NCBI GenBank assembly: GCA_017395245.1
Contig: JAFPVR010000107.1
Coordinates: forward strand, 9,575-73,574
Direction: 5' to 3'
Length of the DNA stretch: 64,000 nucleotides
Source of the DNA: Bacteroidales bacterium
GTDB lineage: Bacteria; Bacteroidota; Bacteroidia; Bacteroidales; WCHB1-69
Position 1 is the stretch's first letter. Each line of letters begins with the position of its first letter. Made by a program: the position numbers and the translations under genes. Shown in pieces: positions 27,748 to 38,400 of this stretch. The notes below the pieces were generated by a model, which did not search any database, was not told where the DNA came from, and saw only the letters and a program-made list of their open reading frames with translations.

Positions 27748-28510
27748 TCTTGTCGTATTGGTAATTGAAATAGTTGGAGCGGATCTTTTCGCGGATCTGC
27801 GCGTCGCTCCAGCGCACGAGGTCGTAGTAGTTGAACCGACAGTACATCATAAAATCCAAAAGCTCATCGCCTTGCAAGCCCGTAATTTCCGAAACCAGTT
27901 CGCGGTTGTATTTCTGCTGGATGCGATCCATCTCGTCCTCGTAATCGAGCATCTCGTTGTAGAGGCGGCCCATCTTGCCTTTGTGGCTGTATTTGTCGTA
28001 GAGGAAGGAGATGGGCGACAAGGTGACTTTGCCGCCGAGCGACAAAATGTTGCCGTTCGGTTTGAAGGCGGCGTTGGCCTTTTGCCATTCCGACAGCTGC
28101 GTTTCCTCCATACGTTTGTAGTAGTCAGGAAGTTCCAGCGTCACGATGTCTTTTTTGAACCCCTCGTACGATGGGTTGATACCGATGATGGTAACCTCCT
28201 TCAGCATGGTGGCCTTGTAATAAAGAAAAAAGTCCTCGAAACCGTAGAACAGCTTCTGGTCGATGACGGCCACATGCTGCCGGTAGGTGGACTTTGAGAT
28301 GATGAGCGTGTCGTTGAGCGACAACTCGATGGTGAAGCGTCCGTTCTTGTCGGTGAAGGCGAACTTCTGGGTGTTCATGTTATAGACGCTGGCGCCGGAT
28401 AGCGGTTGGTAGGTGATGCCGTCGAAGACTCGCGCTGAATACTTTTTTTGCTGCGCGAATACCGCCGACAGGCAGCACAAAATCCCTACTATGAGCCAGA
28501 GTCTTTTCAC
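27725..28510 (-). CDS. Carboxypeptidase-regulatory-like domain protein, hypothetical
   Basis: Signal peptide plus ...ARVFDGITYQPLSGASVYNMNTQKFAFTDKNGRFTIE... (CarboxypepD_reg-like beta-sandwich). Confidence 0.55.
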   Translation of the reverse strand: MKRLWLIVGILCCLSAVFAQQKKYSARVFDGITYQPLSGASVYNMNTQKFAFTDKNGRFTIELSLNDTLIISKSTYRQHVAVIDQKLFYGFEDFFLYYKATMLKEVTIIGINPSYEGFKKDIVTLELPDYYKRMEETQLSEWQKANAAFKPNGNILSLGGKVTLSPISFLYDKYSHKGKMGRLYNEMLDYEDEMDRIQQKYNRELVSEITGLQGDELLDFMMYCRFNYYDLVRWSDAQIREKIRSNYFNYQYDKIVHEEGE

Positions 28511-28518
28511 GGTGACGG

Positions 28519-29397
28519 TTATCCGTTGAGCGCATTGGCACCGCTCACAATCTCGATCAGCTCGTTGGTGATAGACGACTGGCGGGCGTTGTTGTACTTC
28601 AGGCGCAGTTCGCGAAGAATCTCCGTAGCGTTGTCGGTAGCCTTGGTCATGGAGGTCATTCTGGCACCGTGTTCCGACGCGATGGAGTCGGATAACGTCT
28701 TATACAGTTGGGTGCGTAAAATTTTGGGAATCAGCTCTTGCAGGAGTTGGTCTGCGGATGGCTCAATGATATAGTCGCTGGTCACTTTCTGCTCTTCATT
28801 GCCTGTGGGAGGGAGCACGGGCAGGAATTCCTCCACGGTCACCCGTTGTGTTGCGGCATTGAGGAACTGGTTATAGACCACCTCCACCTTGTCGATTTCG
28901 TGATGGATAAATTTCTGAACCAAATCGTCGGCCATGGTGGAAAGTTCGGTGAAGTCGGGGTTGTCGAGCAGTTCTTCGTTGTGGTAGGCCACAGGGTAGA
29001 GCTTGCTGAGCTGGTCGTTACCCTTTTTGCCGATGCAGAACAGCTGCAGATGGCCGGCGCGATGTTGGTCGGCATATTTTTCGGCAATTAAGTGTTGGAC
29101 CGTTTTGATAACATTTGAGTTGAACGCGCCGCAAAGCCCTTTGTTGGAGGTGATGACCACGATGGCCACCTTTTCGGGCTCGCGCTGTTCGAAGAGCGGC
29201 AGTTGATCGACACCCATATTGGAACCGGCCAGATTGTTCAGAATCTCGTTCAGCTTTTGGGAGTAGGGGCGGAGATGCTGGATGGCGGTCTGGGCGCGGC
29301 GGAGCTTGGCGGCCGACACCAGCTTCATGGAGCTGGTGATCTTCTGCGTCGACTCAATCGAGCTGATTCGCGTGCGTATTTCTTTCAGGTTGCCCAT
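28519..29397 (-). CDS. atpG: F1 ATP synthase gamma subunit
   Basis: MGNLKEIRTRISSIESTQKITSSMKLVSAAKLRRAQ... Confidence 0.9.
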   Translation of the reverse strand: MGNLKEIRTRISSIESTQKITSSMKLVSAAKLRRAQTAIQHLRPYSQKLNEILNNLAGSNMGVDQLPLFEQREPEKVAIVVITSNKGLCGAFNSNVIKTVQHLIAEKYADQHRAGHLQLFCIGKKGNDQLSKLYPVAYHNEELLDNPDFTELSTMADDLVQKFIHHEIDKVEVVYNQFLNAATQRVTVEEFLPVLPPTGNEEQKVTSDYIIEPSADQLLQELIPKILRTQLYKTLSDSIASEHGARMTSMTKATDNATEILRELRLKYNNARQSSITNELIEIVSGANALNG

Positions 29398-29399
29398 AG

Positions 29400-30989
29400 T
29401 TATTCGTATTTTTTGGCCACTGTTGCGCAGGCTTCGGTCATCTTCGCCATGATGTCGTCGTCAATCACACCCTTAGCGAGTGTGTCGAGGATGTCCTGAT
29501 GGTTGGAGTGCATATAGGAGATGAACTCCGTTTCGAAGTTGCGAACACTGGCAACGGGGATTTTCTGCAGCAGGCCGCGGGCGCCGCAGAAGATGATGGC
29601 CACTTGCTCTTCCACCTTGTAGGGGGTATATTGCGGTTGTTTAAGGATTTCCACGTTGCGCACACCCTTGTCGAGGATGAACTGCGTGGCGGCATCGACG
29701 TCGGAACCGAACTTGGCGAAGGATTCCATCTCGCGGTATTGTGCCTGGTCGAGTTTCAGGGTGCCGGCCACCTTCTTCATGGACTTGATCTGGGCGTTAC
29801 CACCCACGCGCGACACGGAGATACCCACGTTGATGGCGGGGCGCACACCGGCGTTGAACAGCGATGTCTCCAAGAAAATCTGGCCGTCGGTGATGGAAAT
29901 CACGTTGGTGGGGATGTAGGCGGAGACGTCGCCGGCCTGGGTCTCGATGATGGGCAGTGCCGTCAGGGAGCCGCCGCCCTTGACCAAGGGCTTCAGTGTG
30001 GCGGGCAGGTCGTTCATCTTGGCTGCAATCTCATCGGATTCAATGATTTTGGCGGCGCGTTCCAGCAGGCGGGAGTGGAGGTAGAAGACATCACCGGGGT
30101 AGGCCTCGCGTCCGGGCGGACGGCGGAGCAGCAGTGACACTTCACGGTAGGCCACGGCCTGTTTGGAGAGGTCGTCGTAAATGATGAGGGCGTGGCGGCC
30201 CGTATCGCGGAAGTATTCGCCGATGGCGGCGCCGGCGAACGGGGCGTAGAATTGCATGGCAGCAGCGTCTGATGCTGTGGCGGCCACCACGATGGTGTAG
30301 GGCATGGCCCCGCGCTCCGTGAGGGTCTTCACCAACGCGGCCACGGAGGAACCTTTCTGTCCCACAGCCACATAGATACAGTAGACAGGCTCGCCTTTGT
30401 CGTAGAACGACTTCTGGTTGATGATGGTGTCGATGGCGATGGCGGTCTTGCCGGTCTGGCGGTCGCCGATGATAAGCTCACGCTGGCCGCGGCCGATGGG
30501 GATCATGGCGTCGATGGCCTTGATGCCGGTTTGCAGCGGGCGTTTCACGGGTTGACGGTAGATGACGCCGGGGGCCTTGCGCTCGATGGGCAACTCGATG
30601 AGATCGCCTTCGATGTCGCCTTTGCCGTCAATGGGCTGGCCCAAAGTATTGATGACGCGACCCAGCAGTCCCTCGCCCACCTTGAGGGAGGCGATGCGGC
30701 CGGTGCGCTTGCAGATGTCACCTTCGTTCAGCGACTTTGAGTCGCCCAAGAGCACGACACCCACATTGTCCTCTTCCAGGTTGAGGGCGATGCCGGTGAC
30801 TTCGTCGCCGTTTCGGGTTCTGAACATCACCAGTTCGCCGGATTGGACGTTATGGAGGCCGTAAACACGGGCGATGCCGTCGCCGACCAGCAGCACGGTG
30901 CCCACCTCTTCCATCTCGGACTTCTGGTTGAAATTCTCAAGTTGCTGACGCAGTATGGATGTAACTTCTGAGGGTTTGATTTCTGCCAT
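29400..30989 (-). CDS. atpA: F1 ATP synthase alpha subunit
   Basis: Walker [10 protein letters not shown], 529 aa. Confidence 0.95.
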   Translation of the reverse strand: MAEIKPSEVTSILRQQLENFNQKSEMEEVGTVLLVGDGIARVYGLHNVQSGELVMFRTRNGDEVTGIALNLEEDNVGVVLLGDSKSLNEGDICKRTGRIASLKVGEGLLGRVINTLGQPIDGKGDIEGDLIELPIERKAPGVIYRQPVKRPLQTGIKAIDAMIPIGRGQRELIIGDRQTGKTAIAIDTIINQKSFYDKGEPVYCIYVAVGQKGSSVAALVKTLTERGAMPYTIVVAATASDAAAMQFYAPFAGAAIGEYFRDTGRHALIIYDDLSKQAVAYREVSLLLRRPPGREAYPGDVFYLHSRLLERAAKIIESDEIAAKMNDLPATLKPLVKGGGSLTALPIIETQAGDVSAYIPTNVISITDGQIFLETSLFNAGVRPAINVGISVSRVGGNAQIKSMKKVAGTLKLDQAQYREMESFAKFGSDVDAATQFILDKGVRNVEILKQPQYTPYKVEEQVAIIFCGARGLLQKIPVASVRNFETEFISYMHSNHQDILDTLAKGVIDDDIMAKMTEACATVAKKYE

Positions 30990-31001
30990 GTATAGGGAAA
31001 T

Positions 31002-31562
31002 TTAAAATTGTACTTGGAAACTGTTTTGGGAAAACTCCTGACGTAACTTGTTGATTTTGGTTAAGATGCAGGTGTCAAGAAAGTAGTCGTCCATTTGGAC
31101 GACGAAGCCGCCGATGATGGAGGGTTCCACCGACTCTTTCAGTTCGATGGTGGCGTGCGTCTGTTCGGTGAGCAGCGAGACAATCTTGGACTTGAGTTCG
31201 TCGCTCAGCGGCTGTGCCGTGACAATACTGGCGGTCCTGATATTGTGAGCCTGTTTGTATAATTTGAAAAACCCCTCGCTAATGGTGTCCAAATCCGGTT
31301 CGCGTCTTTTCTTGAGCAGCAGGTCCAGGAACTGGTAAGTGGTTTCGTGGAGGGTTCCGTTGAAGACACTTTCGAAGATTTGGTGTTTTTGGTGGGGGGG
31401 CACCACAGGGTTGCGCAGCAGCATCTGCAGTTCGCGGTTCTCCTTCAGGGTGTTCGCGAAAAGTTGCAGGTCGCCGAAAACCTCCTCAATCTGGTTTCTC
31501 TCGCCGGCGAAGTCGAACAGCGCCTTGGCGTATCGGTTGGATAATTTTGGGTTTTTCATCAA
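31002..31562 (-). CDS. atpH: F1 ATP synthase delta (OSCP) subunit
   Basis: ...LSNRYAKALFDFA..., 186 aa, directly upstream of atpA. Confidence 0.8.
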   Translation of the reverse strand: MMKNPKLSNRYAKALFDFAGERNQIEEVFGDLQLFANTLKENRELQMLLRNPVVPPHQKHQIFESVFNGTLHETTYQFLDLLLKKRREPDLDTISEGFFKLYKQAHNIRTASIVTAQPLSDELKSKIVSLLTEQTHATIELKESVEPSIIGGFVVQMDDYFLDTCILTKINKLRQEFSQNSFQVQF

Positions 31563-31580
31563 TGATTTTTAAAACGGCGG

Positions 31581-31588
31581 CAAATATA
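31581..31588 (-). promoter_or_regulatory. -7 box TATATTTG
   Basis: It lies about 20 nt upstream of the atpH start. This suggests atpHAG has its own promoter here. Confidence 0.45.
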
Positions 31589-31598
31589 CTATTTTTTT

Positions 31599-31626
31599 GA
31601 CTTAAGACTTAAGACTTGAGACTTGA
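31599..31626. repeat. Heptamer array GACTTAA x2, GACTTGA x2
   Basis: Parsed by hand; lies between the pyrE stop and the atpH promoter. Confidence 0.85.
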
Positions 31627-31675
31627 GAAAAAACACAGATCAAATGTTAATCTTGTCACATCGCATCTCATGTCT

Positions 31676-32251
31676 CTACATTTTGCGGCTGCCGGGTTTG
31701 ACGAAGGGCAGACCTTGTTTGCAGAGCGGGCAGTCTTCCACGGCCCAGTTTTGGATGTTGAGTTTGGTCGCGCTGTAGACGGGGTAGGGGAAGGAACCGT
31801 CGCTGCGGTCGGCGATGCAGCAGACACCGATGACCTCCGCGCCGAAAGCTTTCAGCACCTCGATGGTCTCCAATGAAGACTTGCCGGTGGTGACGACATC
31901 TTCGGAGATGAGGAGTTTCATACCGGGTTTCACCTCGAAGCCGCGGCGCAGGCACATCACATTGTCGACGCGTTCGGTGAAGATGGCCGGGACGCCGAGC
32001 TGGCGGCCGAGTTCGTAGGCCACGATGATGCCGCCCATGGCCGGACCCACCACCATATCCACGTGCAGGTCCTTCACCTGCTCCGTGATTTTCGCAATCA
32101 CGCGCTCGGCCCTGTCGGGATATTGCAACAGTTTGGCGCACTGGCAATAACGGTCGCTATGACGGCCGGAGGAAAGGAGGAAATGACCTTCGAGCAGTGC
32201 TTCCGACTGCTTCAGTTCTTCAATGACGGTGTTTTTAATTTCTTCACTCAT
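31676..32251 (-). CDS. pyrE: Orotate phosphoribosyltransferase
   Basis: ...[22 protein letters not shown]...[13 protein letters not shown] (PRPP-binding motif). Confidence 0.9.
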   Translation of the reverse strand: MSEEIKNTVIEELKQSEALLEGHFLLSSGRHSDRYCQCAKLLQYPDRAERVIAKITEQVKDLHVDMVVGPAMGGIIVAYELGRQLGVPAIFTERVDNVMCLRRGFEVKPGMKLLISEDVVTTGKSSLETIEVLKAFGAEVIGVCCIADRSDGSFPYPVYSATKLNIQNWAVEDCPLCKQGLPFVKPGSRKM

Positions 32252-32289
32252 AATATTTTAAGATTTTATTATTGTCTGATAATGAAGCG

Positions 32290-32297
32290 CAAAGATA
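32290..32297 (-). promoter_or_regulatory. -7 box TATCTTTG
   Basis: It lies about 40 nt upstream of the pyrE ATG. Confidence 0.5.
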
Positions 32298-32308
32298 CAA
32301 TTTTTTTG

Positions 32309-32343
32309 GTTTACAGTTTACGTTTTACAGTTTGCAGTTAACG
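32309..32343. repeat. Heptamer array GTTTACA/GTTTACG/TTTTACA/GTTTGCA/GTTAACG
   Basis: Five phased 7-nt units in the divergent pyrE / giant-gene spacer. Confidence 0.8.
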
Positions 32344-32409
32344 GGGAAATATCAACATTCGTATTTTCATAAAATATAAAAAATAAGACGGATAATAGCC
32401 TGAAAATTG

Positions 32410-32417
32410 TATCTTTG
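32410..32417 (+). promoter_or_regulatory. -7 box TATCTTTG for the giant gene
   Basis: It lies 38 nt upstream of the ATG at 32455. Confidence 0.55.
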
Positions 32418-32454
32418 CAGATTTATGTAAATTGTGTAAAAAGTATATTGTTAA

Positions 32455-35400
32455 ATGAGGAGGGCAGTAGCCATATTGATGTTGTGGATGTTGTGCTGCG
32501 GATGGATTTCCGCACAGCAACAGCATTTCCCGTATAATGTTGATGTGCAAATACTTCCCGGGCATTGCTACGACGATTCCCACCTCATCTTCACCTTGAC
32601 GGATGATAACGGCAACATAATCCAAATCGATCCCCAGACCCACAACGCGGTGAATCTCGGCCAGTACCCGTTGTACAATGTCCAGTATCATTACCAAAGC
32701 GTTTCCGGCGGGCTTGGGGTGCATTACGATTATGACAATGACATTATGCTATCGGCGGGCACCTATTGCGTGGGGGTTGTCGCAGAAATCCCTGCGGCTG
32801 GCGGAAGTTACACACAAGTGGACACCACCTTCTGCAATGTCCAGGTCACGACATCCTATGACCACTTGGAAGCCACGGCCCTTTCCAATGTGGCCTACGA
32901 CAATGATGGTGACGTGGAAAGGTATGGCTTTCGGGCCTCCTTCCACTGCGCCGATGTAGGACGCATACAGTTGCGTATTGTCCAGGGGTCTTTCCCTTAT
33001 ACCGTGACCATTCTTGATGAACAGCAGGATACGGTCAGACATACTGTGTTCTATTATCGTGCTAACAGTGGCAATAATCCCTATGCCGCAAGTTATCGCG
33101 ACTACTATACTTTCGATAGCCTTCCCATAGGGACATACTCCATATACGTATCCGATTCATGCGGATATACCGTGCCGTTAGCATTCAACATACCAGATTA
33201 TGAGCCTGCCCGGTATTTGGCACTTGTGAAATCTGACCTTTCAGGTTGTTTAGATGAAACCGTAGTCCCTTTCGTAGTCGAAAGAAGATACCCTTCAGGG
33301 ATCGGCGCCATCTGGTGTAATTACAATTATTCCTATATGGACAGCATCCTGATGTATCGTTTCATTAACCCGGGAGGCGATACCACAGAATGGAAAAACA
33401 TAAACACGCCTGGCTATGCTGCCACATGGGTTTCCGTTTATGACACATTCCCAAGTTATTGTAATATCTTCTACGATACTATCAAGATGCAATTGCATGA
33501 TTTGTGCCATGACACGCTGATGACGTATTCGTTCCGATTTCTTCCCCAGTTCGGGTTTTCCGATTCGATAGTTGAGGTTTATCAGCAAGATACGATCATT
33601 CATGACACCTGCGCCACCCATCTTCCAAATGGAGTCTCCACGCAGACGTACAAAATTTGGGGAAGTACTTGGACCGGTGCAGGAAAGACTATTTACGGGA
33701 GCGCCTATAGTGCTTATCCGGTGCCATTTCGCTATTACAGATGTCCGCTTTCGTATAATATTTGGTCCTTGCCGGATTCCACGCTGTTAGGACACGACCA
33801 GTCTGATGAATTCACGGGATTGGGTACTTGGGAGACCTACTTTGCGGATACGAGCCTCCATGTGTACGTCTCTGTGACGGATGCCCAAGGTTGTACGTTA
33901 GCGGATAAAGATACTGTATTGGTTTACCAGACAGAGCCTGTGGATGAGTTGCTTTTTTGGTATGAGTGTCATAACGACAAAGACGATGACGGGAAAGACC
34001 ATTGTTGTGCGGATCGCTACTTGTGGATTCAGGAACACGGGGTGGATGCCGACACATTTCGCCGGAATATGACCCTTCGCCTGATTGAGAGCCCTCTGTA
34101 TAATCAGTTCAATTTCACAGCGATACGACAAGACGGTGTATGGACGGTCACGCCCGACGACCCGAACAACCATTCCACCTACCTGGAGTTTTCCTACGAG
34201 GACGGATGGCGCGCTACTGTCCGCGACTCTGTCTGCCTGCCTCCCGGACGTTACACGTTTGAGGTCTCCACAGACTGCGGTGTAGATACGATTACGTATT
34301 CATGGGCAGGTTATTATTATGACACCCTTGACTTTGTTTCCGCCCCGCAATATGAAATTCAACAGCTTTGCGGCGACATGGTGTTCACGCAAATATCCAC
34401 AGGTCTTGTGAATTACATGTATTTTATTGACCCTGAAGTTAGCAATGACATACCTGAGGAGACGATTCCTAACTACGCGTGTTCAAGTTATTCTCCAGAC
34501 GGCGGTAGCGACTACAGGGACTCGCATGGAAGAAACGTATTGGTATTTTCTATACCTGGAACCTATTCCATTACAACATACGCTTATAACTGGTATTGTT
34601 CCAATTGCGCGGATTGGTGTAGTGAATATCACTACCATTACGACACCATTACAGTTGCCTTCTCCTATGTCGATTTTGACATGGCGGCCGCATTGTTGTG
34701 CGACGCCTCGGCAACAACGGGAATCGTGACGGCGCAAGCCATCAACGGAAACTCGCCCTATACATACACCCTGTATAGCCAATGGGGTGCCACCGGTGAT
34801 GTCATCGCCACCAACACCACCGGCTTTTTCGATAATGTGCCCATGACCGTGGGGCAGCATTTTTCCGTGCAGGTGACAGACTCGTGCCAAATTAGTTTTT
34901 CGGTCAACCTCACGGCGACGTTGCTCACTCATGGGAGCCTGGTGTGGGAACAGAACGCCAACACAGGACTCCACTGTGCGGGTGATACCGTGCAACTCAC
35001 TGCCATGAACTTTCCTCCGCCGGCAACATACCAGTGGTCGGGGCCGAATGGCTTTAGCAGCACTTCGCAGACAGTCGATGTGGTGCTGCCTGACTACAGT
35101 GAAAATGGTTGGTACACCGTGGAAATCCTCAACAGCGACATCTGTGGTATGAGTGTCTTTGACAGCATTTTGGTGTCTATGGCACCCGATCCCCAGGTGA
35201 CCATTACGGGGGATACCACTGTCTGCCCTGGCGGTTCTCTCATTTTGCAGGCAAGCTCTTCCATCGGGGAGTCAAGCTATTTTTGGAGCACCGGCGACAC
35301 CACCTCGACCATTACCGCCACACAAGATCAGGCCACCGAATACACCGTGACCGCAACCTCCCCGGTCGGCTGTACGGGTACGGCCTCAAAAACCGTTGAA

Positions 35401-38400
35401 ATACAAGCCCCCAACCCGATTAGCACCCACGTCTATCTCTGCTCCGACTCCACGACTACGCTCACCGCCCGCGCGGCCGACGCATACGCATGGAGTACAG
35501 GTGCCACCACAAGTTTTATAACTGTTTCAGCAGCAGGAATCTATCGTGTGACTGCCACACCTTCCGATGGATGCTCCGTGGTGGACACTTTTGTGGTCAC
35601 TACCGTGAAGGTCAATGGCATCTCCAACATTGATATCCCCGACATCTGTGCCGGCGACACTGCCGCCATCACCGTGGGGCATGCCGCCTCCTGTAATCTC
35701 ACCATTATCACTCACGAGACTATTTTAGCTCTCAATGACACCGTTTTCCTGCCCGACGGCGCCGACTGCCTTCCATACGGTTGCTCGTACCAGTCATCGC
35801 TGCACTTCGCCGGCTATGAGGACACTGCTAAAGTGAACAGTGTGGATGACATACGTTATGTGCGGCTCAATATAGAGCATTCATACGCGGGTGACATCTA
35901 TATCAACATCACCTGCCCGAACGGACAGAAAGCAGATATTATAAGGTGGGGGGATTATCAGCAGTTTCCTTCAGATGCTCAAACTTATTGTGCTTCCGAT
36001 ATTTCCAATAGTTCCAAAGGATGGCAAAGCGATGTAGAAGGGAGTTACAATGCATCGCAAGGTACAGATTTTGGAGTGCCCTATAATCATAGTGATTCGG
36101 GATTCCCTTGTGACGCCACTCGACCAAACAATGCACCGGGTACAGGTTGGAACTATTGTTGGTCCAACAATACTTCCGAGGGATATACTTACGCAGAAGG
36201 CACGGGCAGTTTGATATATCGGGAATGTAATGCGGTTTTCAACTACGATGCGACTCCCACTTACATTACTTGGCCGATACCAATGGCGGTATACCCAAAG
36301 TCTTTCGATTCCTCCAATGTGGCTGCCGGAACACAATTCTACCATCCTGACGAGTCTTTTGACAGTTTGGTCGGATGTCCGTTGAACGGGGACTGGTACA
36401 TTGAAGTTTTAGATGGCATCAATGTTGACAACGGCTATATTTTTGGCTGGGAGTTAGCCTTAACTCCTGACATCCAGATGATTGAGTATGTCGATGTGGT
36501 GAGTACGACAGTGGATGGTCCGTGGGTAACGGCCACCTCCGACTCCTCCTTCCTCTTCACGCCACCCGCCAATTTGCCCAATGACACAACCATCAGCTAC
36601 ACCTTCCACTGCCACAGTCCGTTCGGGTGCGGCTACGACACGGTGGTGAGTGTCACTTTCCATCCCCGACAGGATATTGTCATCGACACGACCGCCTGCA
36701 ACAGCCTTGTCTGGAACGGGGTCACGTATACTACGGACACCACTTTTACAGATTCCCTGACGAATATTCACGGGTGCGACAGCATCATTACGGTCAATAT
36801 TCATGTCATCACCACACCCTCTGTCGATATCATAGGATCGCACTATTTTTGTCCCGGCGATACAGTCATGCTTACCGCCGTTGCGGGAGGACAGGCGCAA
36901 TATCTTTGGAGCAACGGGGAAACAGATTCCACCATTACGGTTACGGAAGCGGGCGTTTACACCGTCACCGCCTATTTCCCGGGCGGTTGTTCGGCCGAAT
37001 CCGATGAATTTCATCTTTTCGAGGTGGAAAACCCCATCTTAGGCGGTTTTTTGAACGATATGGTGGCAGGTGATACGCAGACGGTGGTTATCGGCACTAT
37101 GGCGGGCGATAATCTCCAATACCAGCTGCCGCAGTCCACGCTCACCTACTCGACGGTCACATTTTTGCCCGACGGCGAGCCTTGCGGTGACCCGCCGAGC
37201 TGCTCCTACAAGGCCACGATGTCCTTTTCCGGTTTCCCTGAAACGGCTGTCATCCATTCCGCAGACGAAATACGGTATATCCGGCTGAAAGTAGAGCATT
37301 CCTGGATCAAGGATTTGTACATCAACTTGACCTGCCCGAGCGGAAAAAGTGCCGATATTCTCAAGAAGTTCAACGGAAACAGCTCTTCCCCGTGTTTGGA
37401 TTCCATCAGTCCTTCGCACAGAGGGTGGCAGGACAACTATTTTGCGTCAACCAACACTTCGATTTATTTCGGCTATGCTTTCTGGAAGTCGGACAATGGG
37501 AATCGATGTGATCCGAACAGACCTGACAATCAACCCGGTATAGGATGGAACTATTGCTGGTCGAACAACACGACCGAAGGTTATCAGTATGCGCCGGGCG
37601 CGGGCAGCCTGATTTACGAACCTGAAAATGTGCACTCACATACGGTCGATTACCTGACCAAGTATGTGGTGGATTCCTCTGATGCGGCGGCCGGCACGAA
37701 CTTCTACCATCCGGATGTCCCGTTTGACAGCTTGGTGGGCTGCCCCGTCAACGGACTTTGGACGGTTGAGGTGATCGACGGCATTCAAGGCGACAACGGC
37801 TATATTTTCGAATGTGAGCTCTCGGTGGCGGAACAGTTGTGCAGTACGCATTATGCACACGTGTCGGAAATCGGTTTTGAGGGATTGTGGGCAGAAAACG
37901 GTTCCGCGGATTCCTCCTTTGTCATCACCCCGCCTGCGGATTTGGCTAACGACACGGTCGTTGGTTATACGTTCACGTTGACGGACGAAAACGGATGTGT
38001 CTTTGATACAACGATTTACATTCACATTTATGCTCATAAGCATACCGATCTTTACGATACGGTTCCTACCGACGAATTGCCGTATGTATGGAACGGGCCG
38101 ACGATTACGCATGCGGGCTGTAGCGACACATTGTTGTTTACAACGCACGGTGCCGACAGTGTGGTGACGATGCATCTGTCCGTGATTTACCCGTTTGATA
38201 CGACCATTTGCACGAATGTTTTCCCGCTGAGTTGGCATGGGCACACGTTCAATGGTGTCGACACCCTTACGATTTCCCATCCGTTGGCTTGCGGTTGCGA
38301 CAGTATGGAAGTACTGACGGTGGCGGAAAGCCCTGTATATCAGGATACTTCATACGTTTCGGTCTGCGAAAGTAACTTGCCGTATATGTGGCGTGGTCAG

